Under the pieces are notes generated by a model that saw only the letters and a list, made by a program, of their open reading frames with translations, ran no database searches and had not been told where the DNA came from. Below are positions 37,178 through 45,765 of a stretch of 49,609 bases of DNA, one piece after another (position 1 is the stretch's first letter; every line of letters begins with the position of its first letter). The translations under genes were made by a program, and so were the position numbers. Source of the DNA: an archaeon. Its GTDB lineage: Archaea > Nanobdellota > Nanobdellia > Pacearchaeales > GW2011-AR1. The stretch covers positions 1-49,609 of the forward strand of contig JABIDC010000002.1 in NCBI GenBank assembly GCA_018651925.1. Direction: 5' to 3'.

Positions 37178-37783
37178 TTATTGTACTGGTTTTTTAACAA
37201 TAAAATTAATCATCATTTCTGAATTATAGTTTGGAATTATTTCAAATCCTGCTTCCTTGAAGAGGTTTTTTACTTCATCTTCTTCGTATAAATAATAATA
37301 TCTTATTCCTTTGTCTCTCCATTTGATTAGTTTGTCCCTTGGTGAGTTTCTTAATCTTTTTGATTTGTGATTCCAAACTCCAATAAATGCTTCTCCTCCT
37401 TTTTTTAAAACTCGATACATTTCTTCAACTGTTTCTTTCCTTTCCTTAGGTGTTTCTACGCAATGAAGTGCTGAAACACAAATTGCCGCGTCAAAAGATT
37501 CGTCTTCGAAGGGAAGTTTATTTGATTTTGAGTAAATGAATTCTGCAGGGATTTTTTCTTCTTTTGATTTTTCTTCAGCTAGTTTTAACATTTCTTTTGA
37601 AAAATCTAATTCATACATAATTCCATTTTTTATTTTTGCAAGATTTCTTCCAGAGCCTGAACCTATGTCAAGTATTTTTCCTGAGTGTTCTTTTAGAAAG
37701 TTAACCACATTTAGTGGAGGCATTTTTTTATATTCGTGCCACTCTTCTGCAATATTGTCCCATACTTTTTCTTGGTTTTCCAT
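37178..37783 (-). CDS. Trm9/ALKBH8-like SAM-dependent tRNA methyltransferase
   Basis: VWDNIAEEW, ILDIGSGSGRN, LPFEDESFDAAICVSALH, RVLKKGGEAFIGVW, RYYYLYEEDE, recalling the yeast Trm9 pattern. Confidence 0.7.
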   Translation of the reverse strand: MENQEKVWDNIAEEWHEYKKMPPLNVVNFLKEHSGKILDIGSGSGRNLAKIKNGIMYELDFSKEMLKLAEEKSKEEKIPAEFIYSKSNKLPFEDESFDAAICVSALHCVETPKERKETVEEMYRVLKKGGEAFIGVWNHKSKRLRNSPRDKLIKWRDKGIRYYYLYEEDEVKNLFKEAGFEIIPNYNSEMMINFIVKKPVQ

Positions 37784-37868
37784 AAATAATGTTTGTGATG
37801 AGGATTTAAAAGTTTAATTAAATTATTTTTCCAGTAAGGTTTATTAATGATGAATTCTTTAATTTTTT

Positions 37869-39371
37869 ATGATAAGGGATAAATTAAAATTTAATCTTTT
37901 AATTGTTTTAGTTGGACTTTTTTTAGTTGGGTTTTTCTTTTCTTATATCGGACTCCCCAGTATTACTGGGCACGCTGTTGTGGATGGAATTTCTAAGACA
38001 AAAGTTTCTAATCTTATTTTAGAAAAGGATACAAAAGATTATGATCTTATTTATGAACGTCAAAAGGCAGAAGATTGGATTGATTCATTGAAGAAAAGCA
38101 ATAACGGTGGTCCTGGATGGATTGTTGTTAATGATGCTCCTGATACTTATCATGGTTATGTTTATGATAATGCAATGGCAATTATCGCTTACACGATGTC
38201 AGGAGATTATTCAAATGCCAAAGATATTCTTAATTTCTTGAAACTCCATCAAACTGAAGATGGAGCATTTTATGATATGATGTACACCAATGGAGTATCA
38301 GAAAATGGAGCAAGACATAGCGGAAATCAGGCTTGGACCTTGTATGCTATTGCTTTTTACATGTATGAAACGGGGGATTTTGGAGCAAGTAATTCTTATT
38401 TATTAATGGCTGAAGATACTGCTGCTTGGCTAATTGAAAGACAAGAGTCTGATGGAGGGATTACTGGCGGAATTGGTAGTTTTTCTGGTAATGAACTTGC
38501 ATGGACTAGCACCGAACATAATATTGATTCTTATTTTGCATTTAAGTTGTTCTATTATTTGCCCACTAAGTTTTCAAGCTTATCATTTAATACGGATTAT
38601 TTATCTGCTATGAATGAATGTAAGAGATGGATTTTAGATGAGGGATGGAATTATTATGAGAATAGATTTAATCGGGGAGAGAATGATCCATATAAATCTC
38701 TTGATACTCAAACTCTTGGTTCACTTTTTCTTGCAGATATAAATGAAACAATTATGCAATATGACGTAATTAATTTTGCCCAAATAAATTTGCATGATAC
38801 TACCAGTAGGACTGTTGGAACAAACAATGTTTATTATGAGGGATTTAAGGAAAATGAGTATGGCAACCATTGGTTAGAAGGAACAATGCAAATGTCTACA
38901 TCCTATATTCGAAGGGGTTTACCTGGTTATGGGCGTTTGTATTTAGATGAGGTGATTAAAAGTGATGATCCTGCATATACTCTTGGACATCCAAATGAAG
39001 ATAATGATGGAGATGGAGGAAAGCAATATTATATGGAAGGTCCGGTTATTGGGGAGCAACCAGGAACTGTTCTTTGGATGATTTTTGCAATTAATGAATA
39101 TCTTAATGATAGAGAAAAAATTTTCTTTTCAACCCCATTTTCTCTTTACGATCTTAATTGTGATGGGGAAGTTAATTTGGCGGATACAGGAATATTCTCT
39201 AGCGCATTTCATGACTCTACTCCAGATTACAATGAGGGAAGCACTTATTTTTGTTCGGATTATAGTCATGATGGGGAACTTACTTTGGCTGATGTAAGTC
39301 TCTTTTATCAAGGTTTCTCCGGTAATGGTTTTAGTGAAGAGAATAATTGCTGTGTTACAATTTTTGAATAA
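37869..39371 (+). CDS. Exported (alpha/alpha)6-barrel glycosidase-like protein with C-terminal dockerin-like EF-hand repeats
   Basis: N-terminal TM. YVYDNAMAIIAY, GNQAW, WTSTEHNIDSY, SLDTQT, WLEGTMQM. Duplicated DLNCDGEVNLAD / DYSHDGELTLAD. Confidence 0.65.
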   Translation: MIRDKLKFNLLIVLVGLFLVGFFFSYIGLPSITGHAVVDGISKTKVSNLILEKDTKDYDLIYERQKAEDWIDSLKKSNNGGPGWIVVNDAPDTYHGYVYDNAMAIIAYTMSGDYSNAKDILNFLKLHQTEDGAFYDMMYTNGVSENGARHSGNQAWTLYAIAFYMYETGDFGASNSYLLMAEDTAAWLIERQESDGGITGGIGSFSGNELAWTSTEHNIDSYFAFKLFYYLPTKFSSLSFNTDYLSAMNECKRWILDEGWNYYENRFNRGENDPYKSLDTQTLGSLFLADINETIMQYDVINFAQINLHDTTSRTVGTNNVYYEGFKENEYGNHWLEGTMQMSTSYIRRGLPGYGRLYLDEVIKSDDPAYTLGHPNEDNDGDGGKQYYMEGPVIGEQPGTVLWMIFAINEYLNDREKIFFSTPFSLYDLNCDGEVNLADTGIFSSAFHDSTPDYNEGSTYFCSDYSHDGELTLADVSLFYQGFSGNGFSEENNCCVTIFE

Positions 39372-39425
39372 ATTTTATTTTATTTAATTACCAACTTTTT
39401 TAAAATCATTATTTCTTAAAATTAG

Positions 39426-40814
39426 ATGATAGTTAAAGAATATACTGGAAATGAGGTGAAAAAACCTGTCCGGACGATTTCAGGAGTTACTCCTTTGGCA
39501 GTTGTTTTGAAGCCGAAAAAGTGTAGTCATGGAACTTGTATTTATTGTCCTGGAGGAAGTGATGTCCCCCAAAGTTATACTGATAAGAGTCCTGCAGTTA
39601 TGCGGGCAATGGCTTTGAAGTTTGATCCCTTGGAACAAGTTAAGAATAGGTTGCGTGCATTAAACGCGATGAATCATCCAACAGATAAAATCGAATTAAT
39701 TTTGTTGGGAGGGACTTTTTTAGAATATCCAGAAAAATATCAAGATGAATTTATTAAGAAATGTTATGATGGTTTAAATGAATGTGCTTCAGAAAGTTTA
39801 GAAGAAGCTCAAAAAATAAATGAAACTTCGGAACATCGTTGTGTTGCAATGTGTTTGGAAACTCGTCCTGATTCTTGTACTAAAGAAGGGATTAAACGAA
39901 TGAGAAAATTTGGTTGTACTCGCGTTGAAATTGGTGTTCAAAATCCAGATGATGAGATTTATGAAATAATTAAACGAGGTCATAATGTCCAAGAGGTTAT
40001 TGATTCTACTAAAAGGTTGAAAAATGCTGGGTTTAAATTAGGTTATCATATAATGCCGGGATTGCCTGGAAGTAATTATGAAAAAGATATGGTTAATTTT
40101 AATAAAATTTTCAAAGATGAATCTTTTCGTCCAGATCAGTTGAAGATTTATCCTTGTCAGATTATTGAAAAATCTCCTTTGGCAACCTTGCACGAAAAAC
40201 TTAATTTTATTCCTTATGGTGCAGAAACGACCAAGAAAATTGTAAAAGATATTATGAAAATTATTCCAGAATATTGTCGGGTTATGCGTGTTATGAGAGA
40301 AATTCCAAAAGAAAAACTTGTCCAAGGTTTGATAAAGTTAGATGTGAGAAAAGATGCAGAAACTGAATTAAGAGATTCAGGAATAAAGATCGAAGAAATT
40401 CGAATGAGAGAAATTGGATTTAATCAAAAAGGATTGAATAAAGATTTGAGTTTAAGAGTTGTTGAATATGGTGCGTCAAAAGGGAAAGAATTCTTTTTGC
40501 AAATTGTGAATAAAGATAATATTTTGTTTGGTTTGCTTCGGTTGAGATTTCCAGATGAAACTTTTCTTGAAGGATTAGAAAATTCTGCAATTGTTCGAGA
40601 GATTCATGTTTACGGTCAAGCTTTGAAATTAGGTGAAACAGGGGAATTGTCTCAGCACAAAGGTTTGGGAAAAATGCTTTTGGCAAAGGCTGAGGAAATT
40701 TCGAAAGAAAATAGTTTTGAAAAGATTTCAGTTATTTCTGGAATTGGAGTTCGGGAGTATTATAAGAAATTAGGGTATTTTTTGAAAGGAACCTATATGG
40801 TCAAAAATTTATAA
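39426..40814 (+). CDS. elp3: Elp3 tRNA uridine(34) carboxymethyltransferase (radical SAM plus GNAT)
   Basis: RTISGV, CSHGTCIYCPGG, GGTF, ETRPD, HIMPGLPG, LKIYP, VREIHVYG, QHKGLG, ISGIGVREYY. Confidence 0.95.
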   Translation: MIVKEYTGNEVKKPVRTISGVTPLAVVLKPKKCSHGTCIYCPGGSDVPQSYTDKSPAVMRAMALKFDPLEQVKNRLRALNAMNHPTDKIELILLGGTFLEYPEKYQDEFIKKCYDGLNECASESLEEAQKINETSEHRCVAMCLETRPDSCTKEGIKRMRKFGCTRVEIGVQNPDDEIYEIIKRGHNVQEVIDSTKRLKNAGFKLGYHIMPGLPGSNYEKDMVNFNKIFKDESFRPDQLKIYPCQIIEKSPLATLHEKLNFIPYGAETTKKIVKDIMKIIPEYCRVMRVMREIPKEKLVQGLIKLDVRKDAETELRDSGIKIEEIRMREIGFNQKGLNKDLSLRVVEYGASKGKEFFLQIVNKDNILFGLLRLRFPDETFLEGLENSAIVREIHVYGQALKLGETGELSQHKGLGKMLLAKAEEISKENSFEKISVISGIGVREYYKKLGYFLKGTYMVKNL

Positions 40815-40836
40815 ATTAACTTTTCTTATTTTATTT

Positions 40837-41307
40837 ATGAAGAATTCTTTTAAGAAGGGACTTGGGTTTGGGATTACTTCTGGGGTTATTACAACTTTGG
40901 GTTTAATTATTGGACTTTATGCTGGAACTGCTTCGAGGATTGCTATTTTGGGAGGGATTATTACAATTGCTATTGCTGATTCTTTTTCTGATTCTCTCGG
41001 CATTCATTTATCTGAAGAGGCCGTAGGAAAGAAAACTAAACCGATTTGGGAATCAATGGGATTTACTTTTTTATTTAAATTAATTTTTGCAGGAATCTTT
41101 GTTCTTCCTTTTTTGTTTTTTGGTTTAGAATCTGCAGTTATTTTGAGCGTGGTTTGGGGATTTTTAGTTTTGGGAATATTTAGTTTCTTTATTGCAAAAC
41201 AAAATAAAACTTCAATCATTGGGGCAATTTTGGAACATTTGGGAATAGCTGTTTTGGTTGTGGCAATTACCTATTATGTTGGAACAATTATTGGAACAAT
41301 TTTTTAA
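40837..41307 (+). CDS. VIT1/CCC1-family metal transporter-like membrane protein
   Basis: FGITSGVITTLG, AIADSFSDSLGIHLSEE, about 5 TMs. Confidence 0.75.
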   Translation: MKNSFKKGLGFGITSGVITTLGLIIGLYAGTASRIAILGGIITIAIADSFSDSLGIHLSEEAVGKKTKPIWESMGFTFLFKLIFAGIFVLPFLFFGLESAVILSVVWGFLVLGIFSFFIAKQNKTSIIGAILEHLGIAVLVVAITYYVGTIIGTIF

Positions 41308-42104
41308 GAATTATTTGTTTGATTAATTAAAGTTTCATTTTCAGTTTCCGTTTCACTTTCTTCTTCATCTTCTGAAACCATAAATGCCCACCATGGAGTA
41401 TTCATTTTAAGTAATTCGCCTGTTTCTGCATCAATTTCTTCTTCTATCTTTAACTTCATTTTGAAAATTCCTAGAAATTTTCCGTTTTTATTTGCTTCAA
41501 TGTTATAGATTACTTTTGGAATATTTTTGTGAACTTTTTCTTCTAATTCAATAGATATATTTTGAGTGTGTAATTGTTCTCTTATTCTTGAATAAATCTC
41601 ATCTGGAAGGAAATTAATTGTTGTTTCGTTTCCATTTGAGAGCATTGCACGAATGATTGATTCATTTCCTTGATTAATTGTTTTTAGTTTTAGTTTTGAT
41701 TCTACTTCTGGGCCTTTTCCTTCAACACTTATTTTTTGAATGATTTCTCCATTTTTTTCTTTTTCTTCAATTTTTATCTTATAGGTTATTTCTGTCCCAT
41801 TTTCATACCTAATTCTTCTTTGGATTTCTATTTTTTGTTTTCCATTTTCAAATTCAATTTCTTTTTCTTCTTCCATCACATACCCTTCGAATTGGGTGCT
41901 TGTTTTTTCTTTTGTTTTACTTTTGTCCTTGTTTTCGTCAAAATCCTCTTCTTCATCAAAATCTTCTGAATCTTCCTCTTCTTCAAATTCATTTTCTGAC
42001 TCATTTTCCTCAAAGTCATCATCTTCCGCAGAGATGAGATTAGAATGAATTGAGATGCCAAAGACGAAAGAGAGTAATAAGAAAGTTAATAATATTTTAT
42101 TCAT
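41304..42104 (-). CDS. Secreted acidic protein with a PepSY-like C-terminal domain
   Basis: Start reassigned to ATG 42104 (MNKILLTFLLL signal peptide). E/D-rich tract. KFLGIFK...IDAETGE...PWWAF. Confidence 0.65.
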   Translation of the reverse strand: MNKILLTFLLLSFVFGISIHSNLISAEDDDFEENESENEFEEEEDSEDFDEEEDFDENKDKSKTKEKTSTQFEGYVMEEEKEIEFENGKQKIEIQRRIRYENGTEITYKIKIEEKEKNGEIIQKISVEGKGPEVESKLKLKTINQGNESIIRAMLSNGNETTINFLPDEIYSRIREQLHTQNISIELEEKVHKNIPKVIYNIEANKNGKFLGIFKMKLKIEEEIDAETGELLKMNTPWWAFMVSEDEEESETETENETLINQTNNS

Positions 42105-42154
42105 ATTTGGGGGAGAACTATTTTCTTTATATATTTTTTCACGTATGAATTTTA

Positions 42155-42979
42155 TTATATTTTTATTTTTCCTTCTTGCCAATCTTTTAGAATTTTTCTT
42201 GCAGTTTGATCAAAATTAACTTCGTTTCCTTTTTTTAATAAATTCCATTTTCTTCCAAGTTCTTCAATTAATTCTTCTGGATTTTCAGTTTCAATCTTGT
42301 AATGTTCTTTGATTTGTTCTTGGTATTCTTTCATTAATTCTGCCACAACTAATTCTGGATCTTTTACTTGGGAGAAAGATCTTGCTCCAACTTTAGTATG
42401 TTTTGATATTGCAATTGAATCAGAACTTGTATATTCTTTTTTTGGGATTACTCCGGGGGAATCTATCAAAGTTATTTCATTAGTCAGTTTTAATTTTTGT
42501 AATCCTTTTGTAAATCCTGCTTCAGAACCAGTTCCTGCAGATTTTTTTCCAATTAGAAGATTGATTAATGAACTTTTTCCGGTGTTTGGATAACCAATAA
42601 CTCCTACAATTATTTTATCAAATTTTTCTTTTAATGGTTTATTTATGCTCTTTGAAACTTCTTTTATTTTATTTCTTAATTCTTTTATTCCTTTTTTGTC
42701 TTTACATGTAACTAAAACATGGGGATATAGATTTTTTTTAGTATTTTTGGTTAAATCTGATTTATTGATAACATAAATTATTCTTTTTCCCTTTTTTTTA
42801 ATGTCTTCTTCAAGTTCAAGGTTTCTTGTGTCGTCAATAAATCTTGCGTCAAGGACTTCGAGGATTATATCTGAGTCTGTTAAGACTTTTTGCAAAAGAT
42901 CGGGATATTTGATTTTTTGCTTTCGCATTTTTGCAATATTCCCTGTTCTACGTGACGAAAAACTATATCTTACTCTCAT
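42155..42979 (-). CDS. Circularly permuted ribosome-biogenesis GTPase (YlqF/RbgA family)
   Basis: EVLDAR, G4 NKSD before G1 GYPNTGKS, G2 GFT, G3 DSPG, ARKILKDWQEGK. Confidence 0.9.
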   Translation of the reverse strand: MRVRYSFSSRRTGNIAKMRKQKIKYPDLLQKVLTDSDIILEVLDARFIDDTRNLELEEDIKKKGKRIIYVINKSDLTKNTKKNLYPHVLVTCKDKKGIKELRNKIKEVSKSINKPLKEKFDKIIVGVIGYPNTGKSSLINLLIGKKSAGTGSEAGFTKGLQKLKLTNEITLIDSPGVIPKKEYTSSDSIAISKHTKVGARSFSQVKDPELVVAELMKEYQEQIKEHYKIETENPEELIEELGRKWNLLKKGNEVNFDQTARKILKDWQEGKIKI

Positions 42980-43066
42980 AATAATTTTAAGAATTGTAGG
43001 TTTAAGAGGTTTTGGGAGTTATTGGGTTGCGATAAGACTTATAAATAAAAAAGATTATTGGTGAGG

Positions 43067-43123
43067 ATGAAAAATAAAAAGAATAAAAATAATTTAAAGT
43101 TTGGGAAAAAAATTCGAAAATGA
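43067..43123 (+). other. 18-codon upstream ORF (MKNKKNKNNLKFGKKIRK*) overlapping the GT2 start
   Basis: ATG about 20 nt after CTTATAAATA. ATGA stop/start overlap at 43120-43123. Confidence 0.35.
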
Positions 43124-43983
43124 GAAACTTGAATGGGAAATTAGATCATGTAGTGCCAGGAGATAAATCTTTTGATTATTATCGAAGTTTGGTTTTAAGA
43201 GAAGGTTTTCCCTTAATTAGTTTGGTTGTGCCGACTTATAATTTTGAAAAATATGTTGGAGAGACAATTGATTCAATTAAGGCTCAAACTTTAGATTCTT
43301 CTTTGTTTGAAGTTCTTTTTGTTGATGATTGTTCTACGGATAGAACTGTTGGTGCGACTGTGGAGGGTATTGCTGGAATAGAAAATGCTTCTTCAATTGT
43401 GACTCGTCAAAATGGGGGCTCCTCTCGAACAAAGAATTATGGTATTCGTTCTTCTAGGGGAAGATATGTGATGCTTTTAGATGGAGATGATTTTTTGGAA
43501 CCAACTGCATTAGAGGCCACACTTAGATTTATGGAACAAAATCCAGGAGTTAAATATTCATATTCTCAACATCGGAAAGTAGATTCTGCTGGAAAACCTT
43601 TGTATGTTAAGGAAGGATATGATTTTTCTCGTGAGAGGTTGCTGAATTTTAATTTTGTTGGAGCGGTGGAGTGTTTTAATCGAGAGTTATTTTTAGAAAT
43701 TGGGGGATATCGTGATGTTCTTGTTGAGGATTATGATTTTGCTTTAAGGGCTAGTGAAGTTTTGGGAGATGGAGAAATTGCGAGAAATCCTCAAGTTCTT
43801 TATAATCATCGTCTTCATGGAGGAAATAAAAGTGAGGGAAAAGAGGTTGTGCGTCAATCTGCAATTGATGTTATTCGGGATTCTTTGAGAAGAAAAGAGG
43901 GATTAGTCGCAGATGTAAGATTTAGTCCAGATTTTGAAGTAAAAGAACCATATAGTTGTTTTGAATGGGGGATTGCTGGATAG
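43120..43983 (+). CDS. Glycosyltransferase family 2
   Basis: ISLVVPTYN, VDDCSTD, LLDGDD (DxD), EDYDFALR. Confidence 0.9.
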   Translation: MRNLNGKLDHVVPGDKSFDYYRSLVLREGFPLISLVVPTYNFEKYVGETIDSIKAQTLDSSLFEVLFVDDCSTDRTVGATVEGIAGIENASSIVTRQNGGSSRTKNYGIRSSRGRYVMLLDGDDFLEPTALEATLRFMEQNPGVKYSYSQHRKVDSAGKPLYVKEGYDFSRERLLNFNFVGAVECFNRELFLEIGGYRDVLVEDYDFALRASEVLGDGEIARNPQVLYNHRLHGGNKSEGKEVVRQSAIDVIRDSLRRKEGLVADVRFSPDFEVKEPYSCFEWGIAG

Positions 43984-43997
43984 CGAGGTTAATCAAA

Positions 43998-45173
43998 ATG
44001 AAAAAATTATTGGCAATTCCAAATGATCCCACTTCTGCGTATTTTCGTAGTTCTAGAGAAGATTTTTTGGGAGAATTTAATCCCAAGTATGATGGTTCGC
44101 GTAGATTTGATGAAGTTCGTTTTCTGAATTGGAGAGATGAAAAAGATACCTCTTTTCAAGGTGTTGATTCAAAAGCTTTTTTGAAAGATAAGTCTCTTGT
44201 AGAAAAATTGTACAGGGGTTTAACGAATTTGGAAATTCCTTTTGATTCAGAAGAGGGTTCTTTTAGTGCTCTTTTTGAAGTTGAAGCAGATCTTGTGAGA
44301 AAATTTGTCTCTGAATATAATCCCGATTTGATTCGTGCATTTAATACCCATTTTGCAGTGGAATTAGGAATTTTGGCTAGAAGATATTCTGGTGCTCCTT
44401 TGATGGTTAGTGGCCATGATCCCACAAGGTTGACTCCTGCGATTGCAGGTGTTGATGCAATGGTTTGCGAATCTTATGAGTTAAGGAATTTATGCCTTGA
44501 AGAATTTGGGGTTAATCCTCAAGATATTTCTGTTATTCATAATGGGATTGATTTAGATTTTTTTTCTCCTCGGTCGACAAGTTCAATTGCTGAATATGTT
44601 CCGGCGGAGTTTTTGGACGCTCCTTACAAAGTTTTTAGTTCTAGTAGGTTGGTTAAGGGAAAGAATATTGAGACCTTAATGAAATCTTTAGCTCTTGTCA
44701 AGGATGAATTGCCTGGGTTAGTTCATTTGCATTTGGGTGCAGCGGGGAGTCAGCCAGAGAAGGCTGCTGAAATTATGGATTTGAGAGGAGAACTTGGTTT
44801 GGAGAGCACTTCTCATTTTCTTGGAGCAAAACAAAAGAAGGAATTACCTTTTTATTATTCTTGGGCAGATGTTTTTGTTCTTCCAACTCTTTGGGAAGGA
44901 TTAAGTCGTGTTATGAGGGAATCTTTGGCTTGTGGGACTCCTGTAATCACAACTAATTATGGTTCTTCTGCGGAGATTGTTCAAACAGGATTTAATGGGG
45001 TGGGAGTAGATCCAATGAATGAGGAAGAAATTGCAGAAGCAATACTAGAAACGCTTAAAGATGATATTTTTCGTAAGAAACTTTCAAATAATTCTCGTCC
45101 TAGTGTTGAGAAATATTCTTTACCCTTATCAATGGAACTTTACTCGAAGTTATATGCGGAGTTATCAAGATAA
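43998..45173 (+). CDS. Glycosyltransferase family 4 (GT-B)
   Basis: VIHNGID, SRLVKGKNI, ADVFVLPTLWEGLSRVMRESLACGTPVI (E-X7-E). Start moved to ATG 43998. Confidence 0.9.
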   Translation: MKKLLAIPNDPTSAYFRSSREDFLGEFNPKYDGSRRFDEVRFLNWRDEKDTSFQGVDSKAFLKDKSLVEKLYRGLTNLEIPFDSEEGSFSALFEVEADLVRKFVSEYNPDLIRAFNTHFAVELGILARRYSGAPLMVSGHDPTRLTPAIAGVDAMVCESYELRNLCLEEFGVNPQDISVIHNGIDLDFFSPRSTSSIAEYVPAEFLDAPYKVFSSSRLVKGKNIETLMKSLALVKDELPGLVHLHLGAAGSQPEKAAEIMDLRGELGLESTSHFLGAKQKKELPFYYSWADVFVLPTLWEGLSRVMRESLACGTPVITTNYGSSAEIVQTGFNGVGVDPMNEEEIAEAILETLKDDIFRKKLSNNSRPSVEKYSLPLSMELYSKLYAELSR

Positions 45174-45174
45174 A

Positions 45175-45723
45175 ATGGTTTTTGTTTCTGAGTATGACGT
45201 TAGGTGTCAATTGATTTTAACTAATTTTTTTAAGCAAAGATTTTTAGAAGGTTCTTTTGAAGAAAAGGGTGTTTATGAGATTCGTTCCGAGGTTGATTCT
45301 TTTGATTTGGAAGAAGTGGATTATTATTCTCAATTTGTTGGTTGGAATATTCCTCGGTATGGAGAATTTAGTTGGACAAAACAAGAAGTTTCTCTTGATG
45401 AAATTGGTTCTTGGCCGGGAATGCAAGGATTGCCTTTTGAATTTACTAGGGGAAGTATTTCTGAACTTTCAGATAAGATTGGTTTACCTTTTAGTGCAGA
45501 GATTCCTATTAATTTGAAAAGAAATTTACTTGGGATTATTGAAAGGTTGGATTTTACCATGCAGAATTTCTTACCAATTCTTTTACCGGGGGGGCATATT
45601 CGGGAAAGAGATCCTTTGGCTAAAAGATTAGATTATGATTGTTGGGATGGAAACACTCGTTTATTAGCATATTCTTTGTCTGGAATTGATAATGTGTTGG
45701 CATATGTTTCAAAAGAAAAATAG
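45175..45723 (+). CDS. Protein with a ParB/sulfiredoxin-like motif
   Basis: C-terminal PILL...WDGNTRLLAY...G...V resembles the ParB/Srx DG[H/N]xR motif. ATG starts 2 nt after the GT4 stop. Confidence 0.5.
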   Translation: MVFVSEYDVRCQLILTNFFKQRFLEGSFEEKGVYEIRSEVDSFDLEEVDYYSQFVGWNIPRYGEFSWTKQEVSLDEIGSWPGMQGLPFEFTRGSISELSDKIGLPFSAEIPINLKRNLLGIIERLDFTMQNFLPILLPGGHIRERDPLAKRLDYDCWDGNTRLLAYSLSGIDNVLAYVSKEK

Positions 45724-45765
45724 CTTTTTTCTATAAATTTTTTAATAGGAAGTTATTAATTAGAA

